The notes under the pieces: generated by a model | What the model was told of the DNA's origin: nothing | Databases searched by the model: none | The model's input: only the letters and a program-made list of their open reading frames with translations | NCBI GenBank assembly: GCA_963715395.1 | Contig: OY970238.1 | Span: forward strand, 928,858 to 992,857 | Direction of reading: 5' to 3' | Origin: an uncultured Solirubrobacterales bacterium | GTDB taxonomy: Bacteria > Actinomycetota > Thermoleophilia > Solirubrobacterales > 70-9 | DNA: 64,000 nt | Part shown: one piece after another, positions 63,054 to 64,000 of the stretch | Layout: the number at the start of each line of letters is the position of its first letter | How positions within the stretch are numbered: the stretch's first letter is position 1 | Made by a program: the position numbers and the translations under genes

Positions 63054-63542
63054 TTAAAGGAACGGCTTGTAGGACATGAAGAAGATCGTCACCACGACGA
63101 TCAGCCCGGTGATGCCGCCGACCTGTCCGACCCGCTGCGAGACCGCCAGGAACTCTTCGCTGAACGTGTCGCCCGACTTGAGATCGCGTTCGGCCAGTTC
63201 CTTGGCTTTGCGCGTCTGCGGCTGGAAGAACGCGTGCTGAAGCCCGAAGAGGACGATGATCGCGACGAAGCCGACGCTGATGAACGCGGTGCTGGTCTCC
63301 CAGTCGCCGTCGACCAGCAGGTAGATCCCGGCCAGCAGGATGATGATCATGCCCGGGTTGACCAGGTAGCGATCGCATCTCTGAATCCCGGACAGGATCG
63401 CCGGCACGGCCCGCGGGTACTGCGGCGCCATCGAGAAGAAGAGCCCGTAACCGAACGTCGGGCCGAACGCCAGCACAACCGCGAGGATGTGCAGGAAAAG
63501 CGCAATCTTGTAGCCGGGATCGACGATCGAGGCGAAGGGCAT
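63054..63542 (-). CDS. Integral membrane protein (4 TM, DUF2269-like)
   Basis: The 162-aa ORF has four hydrophobic segments. The family name is tentative. Confidence 0.6.
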   Translation of the reverse strand: MPFASIVDPGYKIALFLHILAVVLAFGPTFGYGLFFSMAPQYPRAVPAILSGIQRCDRYLVNPGMIIILLAGIYLLVDGDWETSTAFISVGFVAIIVLFGLQHAFFQPQTRKAKELAERDLKSGDTFSEEFLAVSQRVGQVGGITGLIVVVTIFFMSYKPFL

Positions 63543-63560
63543 CGGCGAAAACCCTACCTC

Positions 63561-64000
63561 TCAGGGGCGACGGAGCAGCAGGGCGGCCCAATCGCCGTCG
63601 CGGCGGCGGTCGGCCTCCGCGAGGCCGGTATTGGCGAAAGCCGCGGAGACGTCGTCGAGCTCGGCTGGGAGCAGGCCCGAAAGCACCAGCGTTGAGGGAA
63701 CTGCTTCAAGCTGCGCTGCGACGGCGGTGAGGATCGGGGCGGTCATGTTGGCTACGACCGTTTGGGGCAGGTCCGGGAGCTGTTCGCGCAGGTTCATGCG
63801 CTCCAGTTGGACGGTGACGTCGTTGACGGCAGCGTTGGCGGCGGTTGCTTCCAGGGCTGGTTGCTCGTGGTCGTAGGCCCGGATCGGATCCCAGCCGAGC
63901 TTTGCTGCCGCGATTGCCAAGACGCCGGAGCCGGTGCCCAGGTCCGTGAGCGGGCCGTGCGCCTCTCCCCCCTGCTCCAGCTCGAGCAACAGCCGCAGGC
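63561..64000 (-). CDS. prmA: Ribosomal protein L11 methyltransferase; 5' end lies beyond the window
   Basis: The C-terminal part has SAM motif I (DLGTGSGVLAIAAAKLG) and ...VANMTAPIL...LVLSGLL. The frame continues open to position 64000. Confidence 0.75.
   Translation of the reverse strand, partial: LRLLLELEQGGEAHGPLTDLGTGSGVLAIAAAKLGWDPIRAYDHEQPALEATAANAAVNDVTVQLERMNLREQLPDLPQTVVANMTAPILTAVAAQLEAVPSTLVLSGLLPAELDDVSAAFANTGLAEADRRRDGDWAALLLRRP

Overview
This is a high-GC (about 70% by eye) chromosomal segment that looks like Actinomycetota. It is densely coding, and most genes sit on the minus strand. The content is mainly housekeeping. It holds two tandem APC permeases with Usp domains and an FMN-dependent 2-hydroxy-acid dehydrogenase. 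An esterase, sanA, the H+-pyrophosphatase hppA and a GCS2 ligase follow. Next come rex, a tsaE/tsaB/rimI/tsaD block, a family-4 UDG and panBDC. A ROK glucokinase and a CUT2-type sugar ABC operon follow, then uvrA, uvrB, coaE, rpsA, polA, a malic enzyme and pfkA. The window ends with a long co-directional array: prmA, murI, vapBC, yqeY, phoH, ybeY, era, hisIE, trpEGDC, htrA, trpFBA. I found no rRNA, tRNA, CRISPR array, transposase or integrase. Most long + strand ORFs in the track are antisense shadows of minus-strand genes. Five things stand out. (1) I located 16 frame-breaking single-base indels by hand, and 13 of them fall within 2.2-9.0 kb, in six consecutive genes. (2) An ECF-type sigma factor is fused to transmembrane segments and a roughly 245-aa Gly/Ser/Asp/His-rich tail, and a His/Asp/Gly-rich secreted protein follows it. 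(3) A secreted protein carries 41 uninterrupted G-X-Y (GPT-type) collagen-like triplets. (4) Two paralogous proteins of an uncharacterised family lie 28 kb apart. (5) There are several conspicuous non-coding structures: a perfect 15-bp inverted repeat, a 378-nt hairpin-rich gap, and a Cheo-type LexA box upstream of uvrA. No database search was possible. All family assignments rest on motifs I recognise in the translations.
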